DNA of 64,000 nt from Thermoproteota archaeon (GTDB lineage: Archaea > Korarchaeota > Korarchaeia > Korarchaeales > Korarchaeaceae), in NCBI GenBank assembly GCA_027491915.1, contig JAOZGC010000002.1, forward strand, positions 288,001 through 352,000, given 5' to 3'. The translations under genes were made by a program, and so were the position numbers. This document shows, piece after piece, positions 9,590-18,902 of this stretch (its first letter is position 1; each line of letters opens with the position of its first letter). The notes under the pieces are model-generated. The model did not search any database. It was not told the origin of the DNA and saw nothing but the letters and a program-made list of their open reading frames with translations.

Positions 9590-9836
9590 CCATGCCTGAT
9601 CCCTCCCCCCTCCCGTGCGTCCGCGCTGGGCGGGGGGCCCGCCCACCCATATAATCTTATCGGCCCACGCCCCCAGATTCGGGCCCTAATTTTAACAGAT
9701 CGACCCGATCTCTCCTCTGGGATAGCAGGGACGCCCGGTCGGGGACGATCTGGGATAATCCACTCGATCCCTCTGATACCGACCGAAACCGGGGCCACCC
9801 ATCGACGCTTTTTATCGCCCCCCCCGAGGGATCGAG

Positions 9837-10529
9837 GTGCCCGCGCCCAAGAGGCTGCTCAGGGAGATGGAGGCTCACCTGGTCGAGCTGATGGTGGGTG
9901 ACCCGAGCGGGCTCCCAGGGGACCTCTCCGACTACCTGTCCTCGGTGGGGGCCCTGAGGGGGGGAAGGTTAGATCCGGTCAGAACCGCGCTGGCGTGCGT
10001 CGAGGTCGGGATGCCCCCCGAGAGGGCCGCCGCCATGCTGGATTGGAGGGGGTTCGAATCTTTCGTGGCCGAGACCATGGCCGAGATCGGGCTCGCATCC
10101 TTCAGGGGGGTCTCTTTCTCCCTCGGGGCGAGGAGGTGGCAGGTGGACGTGCTGGCCGGGAGGCCGGGGATGACCCTGTCCGTGGAGGTCAAGATGTGGT
10201 CCCGCCGGCCCGCGATGTCCGGTCTCAGGGCGGCCGTCAGGACCCACTCCGAGAGGACGAGGGAGCTGGCCCTGGCCATGCCCTCCCTCCGGACGAGGCT
10301 CCCCGTGGTGGAGAGGCCCTCTCACGTCGTGCCCGTGGTTGTCACCTGGTTCTCCCCGGAGGAGATCATCGACGGAGTCCCGCTGGTGCCGCTCCGCTCG
10401 CTGTCGTCGTTCCTCTCGGAGGTAGACTCCATGCCAGACTCGGTCGTCGGGTTCCCCTCCCAAGCCTCTCTGTCCCCCTCCCCCCTCCCCGACAGCAGCT
10501 CCCTGGCCCCCCTGGAGAAGGTCAGGTAG
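9837..10529 (+). CDS. PD-(D/E)XK restriction-endonuclease-like (Mrr/NERD-type) protein
   Basis: LDWRGFESFVA, QVDVLA, VEVKMW, PVVVT, DGVPLVP. Confidence 0.7.
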   Translation: MPAPKRLLREMEAHLVELMVGDPSGLPGDLSDYLSSVGALRGGRLDPVRTALACVEVGMPPERAAAMLDWRGFESFVAETMAEIGLASFRGVSFSLGARRWQVDVLAGRPGMTLSVEVKMWSRRPAMSGLRAAVRTHSERTRELALAMPSLRTRLPVVERPSHVVPVVVTWFSPEEIIDGVPLVPLRSLSSFLSEVDSMPDSVVGFPSQASLSPSPLPDSSSLAPLEKVR

Positions 10530-10843
10530 AGGCACACCGGAACGAATATCGCGGATACGGCCGCCAGTCCCTCCTCCACCCCAAGGTATCCCAGGGCGGC
10601 GACCGAGTACATTCCCGCGGCCACCGCGCCCGGCACCCTGGACCACGGTCTCCCGGACAGGAGGCCCAGCCCTATCGCGGCGTTAGCGGCGGCGGCCAAC
10701 ATCAAGAGCTGGGCCGCGACGGATCTGGTGACCGGGGGCATCGGGAAGTACAATCCGAGCCCGAAGGCCGCCAATTCCATGGCCAGCCCGAGAAAAGCCA
10801 CGCCAGACAGGACTAGGCCGAGCCTCGACGCGGATCCGGCCAC
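10322..10843 (-). CDS. Small hypothetical membrane protein (about 4 TM)
   Basis: Hydrophobic first ~110 aa; starts immediately after the prs stop; the C-terminal tail overlaps the convergent nuclease gene. Confidence 0.5.
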   Translation of the reverse strand: MAGSASRLGLVLSGVAFLGLAMELAAFGLGLYFPMPPVTRSVAAQLLMLAAAANAAIGLGLLSGRPWSRVPGAVAAGMYSVAALGYLGVEEGLAAVSAIFVPVCLYLTFSRGARELLSGRGEGDREAWEGNPTTESGMESTSERNDDSERSGTSGTPSMISSGENQVTTTGTT

Positions 10844-11755
10844 TCACATCACCCTGTCCACTGCGTCCGCCACCTCGGGGACCACGGTGGCCCTCGACCC
10901 AACCCACTCGATGGTGTCGGACGCCACAACGGCGTCGGCCCCGGCGCCTAATATCCTGTCCAGCGACCCGGGTACGAGTACCGGGTGGACGAACGCGGCC
11001 ACCACCGAGGAGGCCCCCATCCTCCTTGCCGCGGCGACGGCGTTGGCCATAGTCCCTCCGGTGGAGACTATGTCGTCCACCACGACAGCCGTCCTCCCCT
11101 CCAAGTCCAGGTCTACCTCCTCGGTGACTATCTCCCCGGTCTCCAGGTCTCGGGACTTCTTAAAGGACGCGTAATCCCGCCACCCGGCCTCGGATGCGAG
11201 CTCCTTGGCCCACTGGATCGCCTCGTCGTCCGGCCCCAGGGGGAAGGGGTCCCTCAACTCCATGGAGGAGAGGATCCTGGCCAGGCCGGCCACGCCCGAC
11301 ACGTTGATCCCCCTGATCTCCCCGAGCATCTCTCCCATACCCCCCATCCTGTGGAGGTGCACCGTGGCCGAGATGACCGCGTCCACGCCGGCGGCCTCCA
11401 TCATGCGCCCCAGGTACAGGGGGCTCAGGGGCTCTCCCGGTCTGAATATCGCATCCTGCCTGGCGTACGGGAGGTATGGCATGACGACCACCACCTCCTC
11501 GGCCCCCAGGTGGACCTTCAGGTTGAAAGCCGTGAAGAGCACCTCGGCCAGGTAGGCGTTCGGCCTCACCTCCCCCGCCCTCATCCTCATGGACAGGACG
11601 ACCTGCTCTCCCCTGAGATCCTCCTCCTCCCTGATCACGACCCTGGGGGAAACCTCCCCGTCCGGGAAGACTCTCCTATCCACCTCCACGAGCTCGGTCT
11701 CCAGCCTCTCTGCCAGGGCCATGTTGAATCCGTCCGCCGGACCCACCAGCTTCAT
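10844..11755 (-). CDS. prs: Ribose-phosphate pyrophosphokinase (PRPP synthase)
   Basis: FPDGE, PYLPYARQD..F.PGE, PD..A, VVVDDIVSTGGT, VHPVL. Confidence 0.93.
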   Translation of the reverse strand: MKLVGPADGFNMALAERLETELVEVDRRVFPDGEVSPRVVIREEEDLRGEQVVLSMRMRAGEVRPNAYLAEVLFTAFNLKVHLGAEEVVVVMPYLPYARQDAIFRPGEPLSPLYLGRMMEAAGVDAVISATVHLHRMGGMGEMLGEIRGINVSGVAGLARILSSMELRDPFPLGPDDEAIQWAKELASEAGWRDYASFKKSRDLETGEIVTEEVDLDLEGRTAVVVDDIVSTGGTMANAVAAARRMGASSVVAAFVHPVLVPGSLDRILGAGADAVVASDTIEWVGSRATVVPEVADAVDRVM

Positions 11756-11815
11756 GCTGCCTCCGGCCGGTCGCCGACTGTCACCATTATCTAGTTATCG
11801 CAGGTCGGACGCCGG

Positions 11816-12409
11816 ATGGGGCGCGGTCGCCTGATAGCCCTGGAGGGGATAGACGGCGCTGGTCTCTCGACCCAGTCCGCAGCGCTGGTCGACAGGCTGA
11901 AGTCCTCCGGCGTGGAGGCCGTCTTGACCAAGGAGCCGACTGAAGGGGCCGTGGGCAGGTTGATAAGGGACGTCCTCTCCGGGAGGGTCGCGATCCCCCC
12001 TCCCAGCCTGGCCCTCCTCTTCGCGGCCGACAGGATGGATCACGTCGAGTCGGTCATATCTCCGGCTCTCGACCGGGGGGAGGTGGTGGTGACGGACAGG
12101 TACCTGCTCTCCTCCCTGGCATATCAGGGGCTCGACCTGCCCACCGGGTGGGTCGAGGAGATAAACAGGTTCGCCCCCCGCCCGGACCTCTGGATCGTCT
12201 TGGACGCGGATCCGGAGGTCGCCCTCCGTAGGATAAGATCCAGGGGCGGGGACTTGGAGATGTACGAGAGCGCGAGGATCCTGGGGAGGATCAGGGAGAG
12301 GTTCCTCTCCCTGGCCGAGAGGTTCGGGGCCGTTGTGGTGGACGCCAACAGGCCCGTGGCCGAGGTGGCCCTGGACGTGTGGAGGTCGGTCTCCGGGATG
12401 CTGAGGTGA
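11816..12409 (+). CDS. tmk: Thymidylate kinase
   Basis: EGIDGAG..TQ (P-loop Lys replaced by Leu), TKEP, LFAADR..H, DRY..SS.AYQ. Confidence 0.9.
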   Translation: MGRGRLIALEGIDGAGLSTQSAALVDRLKSSGVEAVLTKEPTEGAVGRLIRDVLSGRVAIPPPSLALLFAADRMDHVESVISPALDRGEVVVTDRYLLSSLAYQGLDLPTGWVEEINRFAPRPDLWIVLDADPEVALRRIRSRGGDLEMYESARILGRIRERFLSLAERFGAVVVDANRPVAEVALDVWRSVSGMLR

Positions 12410-13326
12410 TCCCCTTGATAGCCTCTGTCGGCAACGCCAACGTCGACGTTACCCTCACCCTGGACTCGATCCCGGGGCCCGACGAGGAGGTCATCTCACG
12501 GGGGACCCTGGTGTCCGCGGGCGGGTCGGCCTCCAACTTCGCGATCGCGTGCTCCAGGTTGGGGTGGCCCGCGGCCGCGGCCGCTGTGGTGGGCCGGGAT
12601 CCCCTCGGCGATTTCTACCTCTCCGCTCTGAGGGAGGCCGGGGTGCTCACCAACCTGGTGTTCAGGGATCCGGACCTCCCGACCGGCCTGGTGATAGTCA
12701 TGAACGAGCCCGGCGAGCAGAGGAGGATGATACTATCCCCGGGAGCCAACCTCCGCCTCGGTAAGGATCTGATATCCTCCATCTCCCGGGAGCTGGGAAT
12801 GTCAGAGGTCGTCCACGTCGCCACGGGCAAATTCGAGAACGCCCTGGCCGTGGCCGAGTTGGTCGAGGGACCCGTCTCCTCCTGGGATCCGGGGTTCAGG
12901 GTACTATCTGAGGCCGGGAGGATGGCGCTGGATCTTCTCCCGGAGTACGACAGGATCTTCGTCAATCTCAAGGAGGCCAGGCTCCTGTCCGGGTGCTCCG
13001 GGCCGAGAGACTGTCTATCGTCTCTCGTCGGTCCGTCGGAGGTGATAATCAAGCTCGGGGAATTCGGGGCCATGGCGTCGATAGAGGGGGAGGTGTACGA
13101 GAGTCCCGGGTACGCCGTCGAGGTCGTCGACACCACCGGCGCGGGAGACGTGTTCGACGCCGCCTACACCGTGGCCAGGCTGCGGGGGGAGGATCCCGGC
13201 CCCGCCCTGGACTTGGCCAACGCCTGCGCCGCCCTGTCGATAGGGACGCCCGGGGCCTCCCGCGGCATACCGACCTGGGACGAGGCCGTCAGGTACGCTG
13301 AGACCGGGAGGAGAAATTCGCCGTGA
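12406..13326 (+). CDS. PfkB/ribokinase-family carbohydrate or nucleoside kinase
   Basis: GGSASNFA, VG.D..G, N..EA, VVDTTGAGDVF; GTG start overlaps the tmk stop. Confidence 0.9.
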   Translation: MIPLIASVGNANVDVTLTLDSIPGPDEEVISRGTLVSAGGSASNFAIACSRLGWPAAAAAVVGRDPLGDFYLSALREAGVLTNLVFRDPDLPTGLVIVMNEPGEQRRMILSPGANLRLGKDLISSISRELGMSEVVHVATGKFENALAVAELVEGPVSSWDPGFRVLSEAGRMALDLLPEYDRIFVNLKEARLLSGCSGPRDCLSSLVGPSEVIIKLGEFGAMASIEGEVYESPGYAVEVVDTTGAGDVFDAAYTVARLRGEDPGPALDLANACAALSIGTPGASRGIPTWDEAVRYAETGRRNSP

Positions 13327-13669
13327 TCCTCTCCCACCTCCTGACTGCCTCATCCTCGATCTCCCTCCTCAACCTCCTGTAGGCCCTCATCAGCCTTCTC
13401 CCCTCCCACGTCAGCGACGCGCCGCCGTGCTCCCTCCCACCCTTCCTTGCCTCGACCAACCTGAAGCCCAGCCTACCCTCCGCCCTCCTCAGCTTCCCCA
13501 GCAGCCAGGAGTAGGAGACCCCCAGCCTCCTGGCCGCGCCCTGCAGGGATCCCTCCCTCTCTATGGACTCCAGTATCTCGAGCAGCCCCAGGCCCATCAC
13601 GTAGGACCCGTCCACCTCCAGCCAGACCCTCACCTTGGGGGTCGGCCTCCCAGCCGCCCGGGGGGGCAC
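13289..13669 (-). CDS. ModE/LysR-type winged-helix transcriptional regulator
   Basis: KVWLE...G.G..E.LE.I...GSL..AA..LG.SY...KGG..HGGA.LT..G. Confidence 0.85.
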   Translation of the reverse strand: MPPRAAGRPTPKVRVWLEVDGSYVMGLGLLEILESIEREGSLQGAARRLGVSYSWLLGKLRRAEGRLGFRLVEARKGGREHGGASLTWEGRRLMRAYRRLRREIEDEAVRRWERITANFSSRSQRT

Positions 13670-13719
13670 ATCCCCCGGGGCCGGGGACGATTAAAAATTG
13701 GGACCATCCCGCCGGCGCG

Positions 13720-14736
13720 ATGTCCGAGGGCGGACTGGACGCTAAGAGGGCCGCCGCGCTGTTGGCCCTGGGGCTGGCCATGCTGATACCCCTCGCGGGC
13801 GCCGTGGACCTGGGCGCCGTCTCCGAGTATCTCTGGGAGATAGGCCCAGGTCCCATAGCAATCTCCATCCTCTGCGTTCACGTCGGCGTCTTCTTCTACG
13901 CCCTCGGGTGGTACTTTCTGCTGGGCGGGAGGCTCGACCTGCTGGACTCCTTCCTGATAAGCTGGGCGAGCCTGTTCGTCAACCTCCTGATACCGACCGG
14001 ATCCACGTCGGGGGAGGCCCTGAGGGTCTACCTGGCCTCCAAGAGGGGGGTTAACGGGGCGGCGGCCCTGTCCAGCGTGGTCACCCACAGGGTGATAATG
14101 ATAATCCCCTTCGTGGTGAGCGTGGTGCTCGGCCTGTCATTCTTCGCCTCCGGCGGGGGGGTGCACGGGTCGGTCTCCTGGACCACGATCTGGTTTCTGA
14201 TGGCAGCCCTGGCCCTGGTCGTGGTGGCCCTGTTCTACGTGAGCGGCTCCGAGGGGACCATGCTCCGGATCGTCGGCCTGGCCGAGAGGGTCCTGCGCAG
14301 GAGGCTTGAGGGGGTAAGGTCGGCCGCCAGGGAGTACGTGTCTGCCTTCAGGGAGGCCACGAGAGACGGTCGGAAGATGCTGATGGTACTCTCGACCTCC
14401 TTCGCCAACTGGCTCTTCGACATGGCCCCCATCTTCATATTCTTCTGGTCCCTGGGGGAGGACCTATCCCCCCTGTACGGGGCTTTCGTCTACTCGGTGT
14501 CGATAATGCTGGTGCTCATCCCCGTCGGGATCCCCGGCAACACGGGGGTCAGGGAGTGGGCCCTCATAGCCCTGCTCTCGGCGACCGGGGTCAGCAGGGA
14601 GGTGGCCACGGTGGTCACGCTGATGGCGTCCACCGTCTCCGTCTTCCTCAACGAGCTGATCTCCGGGATGGTGGCCTACCTGCTCGCGCTCAGGAGGCTC
14701 AGGCGCCCGGGAAGTTCTCCGACACCCACCCCCTGA
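13720..14736 (+). CDS. Flippase-like membrane protein (UPF0104 / lysylphosphatidylglycerol synthase TM family)
   Basis: FVNLLIPTG..SGE..R, P.GIPG..GVRE; about 8 TM segments. Confidence 0.8.
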   Translation: MSEGGLDAKRAAALLALGLAMLIPLAGAVDLGAVSEYLWEIGPGPIAISILCVHVGVFFYALGWYFLLGGRLDLLDSFLISWASLFVNLLIPTGSTSGEALRVYLASKRGVNGAAALSSVVTHRVIMIIPFVVSVVLGLSFFASGGGVHGSVSWTTIWFLMAALALVVVALFYVSGSEGTMLRIVGLAERVLRRRLEGVRSAAREYVSAFREATRDGRKMLMVLSTSFANWLFDMAPIFIFFWSLGEDLSPLYGAFVYSVSIMLVLIPVGIPGNTGVREWALIALLSATGVSREVATVVTLMASTVSVFLNELISGMVAYLLALRRLRRPGSSPTPTP

Positions 14737-15889
14737 TGGCCTCCATGGCTCCCCTTATCACCTCCTTGGAGGTCGCGAAGCTGAACCTCAGGTACCCCTC
14801 GCCCGGCTCGCCGAAGTCGGTCCCCGGCAGCACCGCCACCCCGGCCTCCTCCAGGATCCTCCTGGCCAGCTCCTTGGATCCGACCCCCAGCCTCTTGACG
14901 TTCGGCCAGGCGTAGAAGGTAGCCTTCGGCTTTATCATGCTGAAACCCGGTATTGAGTTTATCTCCCTGTGGATCAGATCCCTCCTCTCCTGGTATTCCC
15001 TTACCATTGCGTTCACCTCGTCCCTCGGCCCCTTAAGGGCCGCGACGGCCGCCTTCTGGACGAAGGAGACCGGGCACGACGTGGTGTTGAGCTGTATCTT
15101 CATCATCTTGTCGGCCATGTCCCTGGGGGCCACGGCGTACCCGAGCCTCCAGCCCGTCATGGCGAAGGTCTTACTGAAGCCGCTGATCATGACGGCCCTG
15201 TCCTCGGCTCCCGGTATCGAGAGCACGCTCTCGTGCCTCCTTCCATCGAACACTATGTCCTCATATATTTCATCGGAGAATATCCACAGGTCTTTCTCCC
15301 TGGCGACCTCAACGACGGCCTCCAGGTCCTCCCTCCTGTAGACCCCCCCGGTGGGGTTGCAGGGCGAGTTTATCACGATGGCCCTGGTCTTCGGGGTCAC
15401 GGCCTCCACTATCTCCTCCCCGCTCGGGGAGAACTCCCGCTCCTCCCTGAGGACCACCGGCTTGACCGCGCCGCCGACGAAGTTGACGACGCTCTCGTAG
15501 GCCGGGTACGCTGGCATCGGGATTATGACCTCGTCCCCCGGGTTTACCGTCGCCATCAGGGCCGCGAAGATGGCCAGCTTGGCCCCCACGAAGACGACCA
15601 CCTGATCGGGGGAGACGTCCACCCCCCTGGACTCGGACACGCTCTCCGCTATGGCCTCTCTGAGCTCCGGTATGCCGGAGGACGGGGTGTAACCCGTGTA
15701 TCCCTCATCCAGCGCCCTCTTGGCCGCCTCCTTTATGTGGGCCGGCGTGTCGAAATCCGGTTGGCCTATCTCCATGTGGTATATCCTGCGCCCTTGGGCC
15801 TCCAGCGCCTTGGCCCTGGCCAGGACCAGGAAGGCCCCCTCAACACCCAGTCGATCCATCCTGTCGGAGTATCGGGGCAATCTCCCCAC
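14699..15889 (-). CDS. PLP-dependent class I/II aminotransferase (aspartate aminotransferase-like); start uncertain (15880-15913)
   Basis: IGQPDFDTP, YTPSSG..ELR, NSPCNPTG, SDEIY, SGFSKTFAMTGWRLGY, LRFSFA. Confidence 0.93.
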   Translation of the reverse strand: MGRLPRYSDRMDRLGVEGAFLVLARAKALEAQGRRIYHMEIGQPDFDTPAHIKEAAKRALDEGYTGYTPSSGIPELREAIAESVSESRGVDVSPDQVVVFVGAKLAIFAALMATVNPGDEVIIPMPAYPAYESVVNFVGGAVKPVVLREEREFSPSGEEIVEAVTPKTRAIVINSPCNPTGGVYRREDLEAVVEVAREKDLWIFSDEIYEDIVFDGRRHESVLSIPGAEDRAVMISGFSKTFAMTGWRLGYAVAPRDMADKMMKIQLNTTSCPVSFVQKAAVAALKGPRDEVNAMVREYQERRDLIHREINSIPGFSMIKPKATFYAWPNVKRLGVGSKELARRILEEAGVAVLPGTDFGEPGEGYLRFSFATSKEVIRGAMEAIRGWVSENFPGA

Positions 15890-15937
15890 CTCCCTGCCCC
15901 CAAACTTCCTCAAAATCTTAAACTTTTGGAGGGGAGA

Positions 15938-16603
15938 TCACGGGGGCGACCTCTCCAGCAGGATCACCTCGCAGCAGTCGACCAGGGAGGCGAATCTCTC
16001 GGCGTCCTTTCTGCTCCCGACGATTTCCCCGTAATGCATGGGGATGACGATCCTGGGGGAGATCGCTCGGGCCGCTGCGGCCGCCTCCTCGGCGTCCATG
16101 ACGTAGGTCCCGCTGACGGGGAGGAGGGCCACGTCCACCTTCAATCCCTCCATCTCCGGTATAAGGTCCGTGTCCCCCGCGTGGTACACCCTCAATCCCC
16201 CCAGGGTCAGCACGTAGCCGACGTATCCCTTCTCCCTGGGGTGAAAACTCATCCTGTCCGGCCTCGTGTTGTACGCCGGAACCGCAACGACCTCTATTCC
16301 GGCCAGCCGGATCGAGTCCCCCGGCTTGACCTGGAAGAATTTGCCCCCGATCCCCCTGAGCTTCCTAGCGCAGGTCTTCGGCGCCACGATGGCGGTCTCC
16401 GGGCCAGATACCCATCTCACGTCCTCGGGGCTGCAGTGATCGTAGTGATCGTGGGTGATCAGGACCGCGTCGGCCGTCCTGCCCCGCCCCCCCAGCCTGA
16501 AGGGATCCACGTACACCACCGGCCTCCCCCCCGGGCCGATCAGCCTGAAGCAGTCGTGTCCCAGCCACTCCAGCTCTATCTCGCCCACCCTCAACTCCAT
16601 CAC
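15938..16603 (-). CDS. MBL-fold metallo-hydrolase (UPF0173-like)
   Basis: WLGH..F, DP, THDHYDH, YHAGDT, IPMHYG. Confidence 0.9.
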   Translation of the reverse strand: MMELRVGEIELEWLGHDCFRLIGPGGRPVVYVDPFRLGGRGRTADAVLITHDHYDHCSPEDVRWVSGPETAIVAPKTCARKLRGIGGKFFQVKPGDSIRLAGIEVVAVPAYNTRPDRMSFHPREKGYVGYVLTLGGLRVYHAGDTDLIPEMEGLKVDVALLPVSGTYVMDAEEAAAAARAISPRIVIPMHYGEIVGSRKDAERFASLVDCCEVILLERSPP

Positions 16604-16606
16604 CCC

Positions 16607-17494
16607 TCACGAGTACTTCGTCACCCTGGTCATGGATATCTCGCTCGTCACCACGTCCACGAAAGTCTCCACCCCGACCAGCTTGGGGAGCCTCCTGACC
16701 ACGTCCCTCTCGGTGACTATCCCCTTCAGCTTCCCGTCCTCCATCACTAGGAGGCTCCCGACCCCCCTGAACCTCATCTCACCCAGGGCCTCCGAGACGT
16801 CGGCGTCCGGGGAGACGGAGGCCACCTCTCTGGATCCAAGGTCCCCTATCCTGGTCGAGAAGGCCGCCTCCCCCCCGCCCGACTCCACGGCCGCCTTGAC
16901 CTTCTGAGAGGCCGCCGCGGCTATCAGGTCCTTCATCGAGAAAACGCCAGTTATCTCGCCCCCTTCCTCCAGGGGGAGTCTCCTGATCCCCCGGAACACC
17001 ATGGTCTTGGCCGCGTCCATCATAGTCGAATCAGGGTTGGCGGTAATCACCGGGGAGCTCATGATCTCCCTCACCTTAACGAAGGTCCTGTGGCCAGCCA
17101 GGGCGTCCGCTACGTGCCTCTCCGATATTATGCCTATGACGTGCCCGTACCTGTTCAGCACCGGGATCGCCCCGACGTTTTTCTCCATGAACTTCGAGAT
17201 CACCTTGGCAAATCCGCCGACCATCTGGACGGTCACCGGGTTCTCCGTCATCACGTCCCCGGCCGTCGTCTCGAACAGCGCCCTCCTCAGCCCCTCCGAG
17301 GAGGGGTCCTCCACGACCCTCCTGAACAGGTCCCTGGCCGAGACGATTCCCACGATCTTCCTCCCGTCCAGGACCGGGGCGTGCCTCACCCTCCTGTTGG
17401 CGAACCCCCTCAGGATGGCCCACAGGGGTGTATCTCGCCTGGCCACGACGGCCGGCGGATACCTCCCTATGACCGCGGTCACCGGGTCCCCCAC
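16607..17494 (-). CDS. CBS-domain protein (4 CBS repeats)
   Basis: Repeated RH.PV..G..VGIVS..D / GIVTERD motifs. Confidence 0.88.
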   Translation of the reverse strand: MGDPVTAVIGRYPPAVVARRDTPLWAILRGFANRRVRHAPVLDGRKIVGIVSARDLFRRVVEDPSSEGLRRALFETTAGDVMTENPVTVQMVGGFAKVISKFMEKNVGAIPVLNRYGHVIGIISERHVADALAGHRTFVKVREIMSSPVITANPDSTMMDAAKTMVFRGIRRLPLEEGGEITGVFSMKDLIAAAASQKVKAAVESGGGEAAFSTRIGDLGSREVASVSPDADVSEALGEMRFRGVGSLLVMEDGKLKGIVTERDVVRRLPKLVGVETFVDVVTSEISMTRVTKYS

Positions 17495-17562
17495 CTGAGA
17501 TCGACCCCGGTGGGAGGCCCGAGTTAAGATATAAGGAGAGGAGGGGAGGGGAAGAGGGGATG

Positions 17563-18171
17563 TCAGAGGATCCTGACGCCCATGGCCTCGGCCCCGTTAT
17601 CGTAGATTTCCCTTATCTTGAACAGGTAGGCGGGCGTCTTCTTCCAGTCCCTTGGTTTGGAAGGCCTGTGGAACAGGTCGTGGACGGAGTTGACGAACTC
17701 CCAGATCGGACCGGACTCGTGGATCTCCACATCGCACCTGAGCTCGTAGGACGTCTCGGGCGGCGTGAAGAACAGGATGGTGGCCCTCGCCGGCCCCCCG
17801 GAGGTCAAGTTCCTCCAGGTGTGCCCCTTCGCCAGCTCCAGGGTCGTCAGCTTCCCGAAATCTATTTTGTCCTCGACGTATATCTCCCCCAGGAGGAACT
17901 CGGCCGCCCTCCTTGGGTCGAACGGCCTGGCCAACTCCTCTCTCATCCTCTCCAGGGTCTCCTCCAGGACTTCCTCCCTGTGTATGAATCCTATCCCCTT
18001 TATGGACCCGTTGGGCCCGGCCGGGCCGCAGGTTATTATCGCCGGGTTGTGCCTGGTGAACCCCAGGAGGGTCCCGGGTCCCACGCGCCCCGAGGCCATC
18101 TCCCTGATGAGCCTCACCCTCTGCCTGAACGCGTACTCCACGAAGGCCTCCGGCATCTCCGGACCGCCCAC
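17563..18171 (-). CDS. Pyridoxamine 5'-phosphate oxidase-like (FMN-binding split barrel) protein
   Basis: NGSIKGIG, LELAK.HTW.NL, A.ILF..PP..SYE.R, VHD.FH pattern. Confidence 0.6.
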   Translation of the reverse strand: MGGPEMPEAFVEYAFRQRVRLIREMASGRVGPGTLLGFTRHNPAIITCGPAGPNGSIKGIGFIHREEVLEETLERMREELARPFDPRRAAEFLLGEIYVEDKIDFGKLTTLELAKGHTWRNLTSGGPARATILFFTPPETSYELRCDVEIHESGPIWEFVNSVHDLFHRPSKPRDWKKTPAYLFKIREIYDNGAEAMGVRIL

Positions 18172-18203
18172 GTCGAGTCACCGGCCCCCGGTCGTTCCGT
18201 TCC

Positions 18204-18842
18204 CTAATAACCGCGCCCTCCCAGACGCAGGGCCCGTGCGGCCTTCTTGAGGGTGGTCCTCAGCCTCAGGGACGCCCTCCTCAGGATTCCCGGGGGCCTC
18301 ACGTCTGGCGGGCTCAAGGCGATGCTCAGGGGTATCTCCCCCATGCCTACCATCATCATGAACGCGGAGAAGGTCCTGACCGCCTCCTCCTGTTCGTGGG
18401 TCTCCACGGCACCGGGCCTCAGCCTCCTGACCCTGTCTATGGCCGCCTGGGCGTTGAGCCCGTTGGAGTAAACCAGGTAGGCCGCCGCCAGGGTTCCGGA
18501 TCGGCCGACCCCGGCGAAGCAGTGGATCGCCACCGGTTTCCCGGACCTGGCCCTCCCGTCGATCCACCGGCAGGCCGCCAGCATGTCCCGCGGGTCGGGG
18601 GCCAGCCCCTTCTCCACGGGCATGAAGAGGATCTCCATTCCCTCCGCGAGGACGGCCGACTCGTAGAGGCCCTCGGACCCCCAGAATATGGACAGCTCGT
18701 GCTCGGTCGCCAGGCAGACTATGGCCCCTATCCCCAACCTACTGAGGGTCCTCAGGGTGTCCCTCCTGGTCGGGAGCCTGGACACCGCGATCTCGGACGG
18801 GACTATCCACGTCATCAGGGTCAAGGCGTCCCCTCCCCCCAC
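18204..18842 (-). CDS. Dual-specificity / protein-tyrosine phosphatase family protein
   Basis: HCFAGVGRSGT (CX5R), AI..VR.LRPGAVET.EQ. Confidence 0.9.
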   Translation of the reverse strand: MGGGDALTLMTWIVPSEIAVSRLPTRRDTLRTLSRLGIGAIVCLATEHELSIFWGSEGLYESAVLAEGMEILFMPVEKGLAPDPRDMLAACRWIDGRARSGKPVAIHCFAGVGRSGTLAAAYLVYSNGLNAQAAIDRVRRLRPGAVETHEQEEAVRTFSAFMMMVGMGEIPLSIALSPPDVRPPGILRRASLRLRTTLKKAARALRLGGRGY

Positions 18843-18902
18843 GCGCGGCCCGATCCGACGACCACCCCGGGCCCGGACGCCCCGCCCCGCGCCGCTCTGG
18901 GG

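Noticed and set aside
10045-10065. GGTTCGAATC resembling a tRNA T-loop
   Set aside because: It lies inside a CDS and I found no flanking cloverleaf stems.
14969-16750. Long antisense or alternate-frame ORFs (e.g. 14969..16750, 40499..42106, 27051..28472, 38990..40318)
   Set aside because: They are shadows of well-supported genes, caused by stop-codon scarcity at high GC; their composition is Pro/Arg/Ser-biased with no family motifs.
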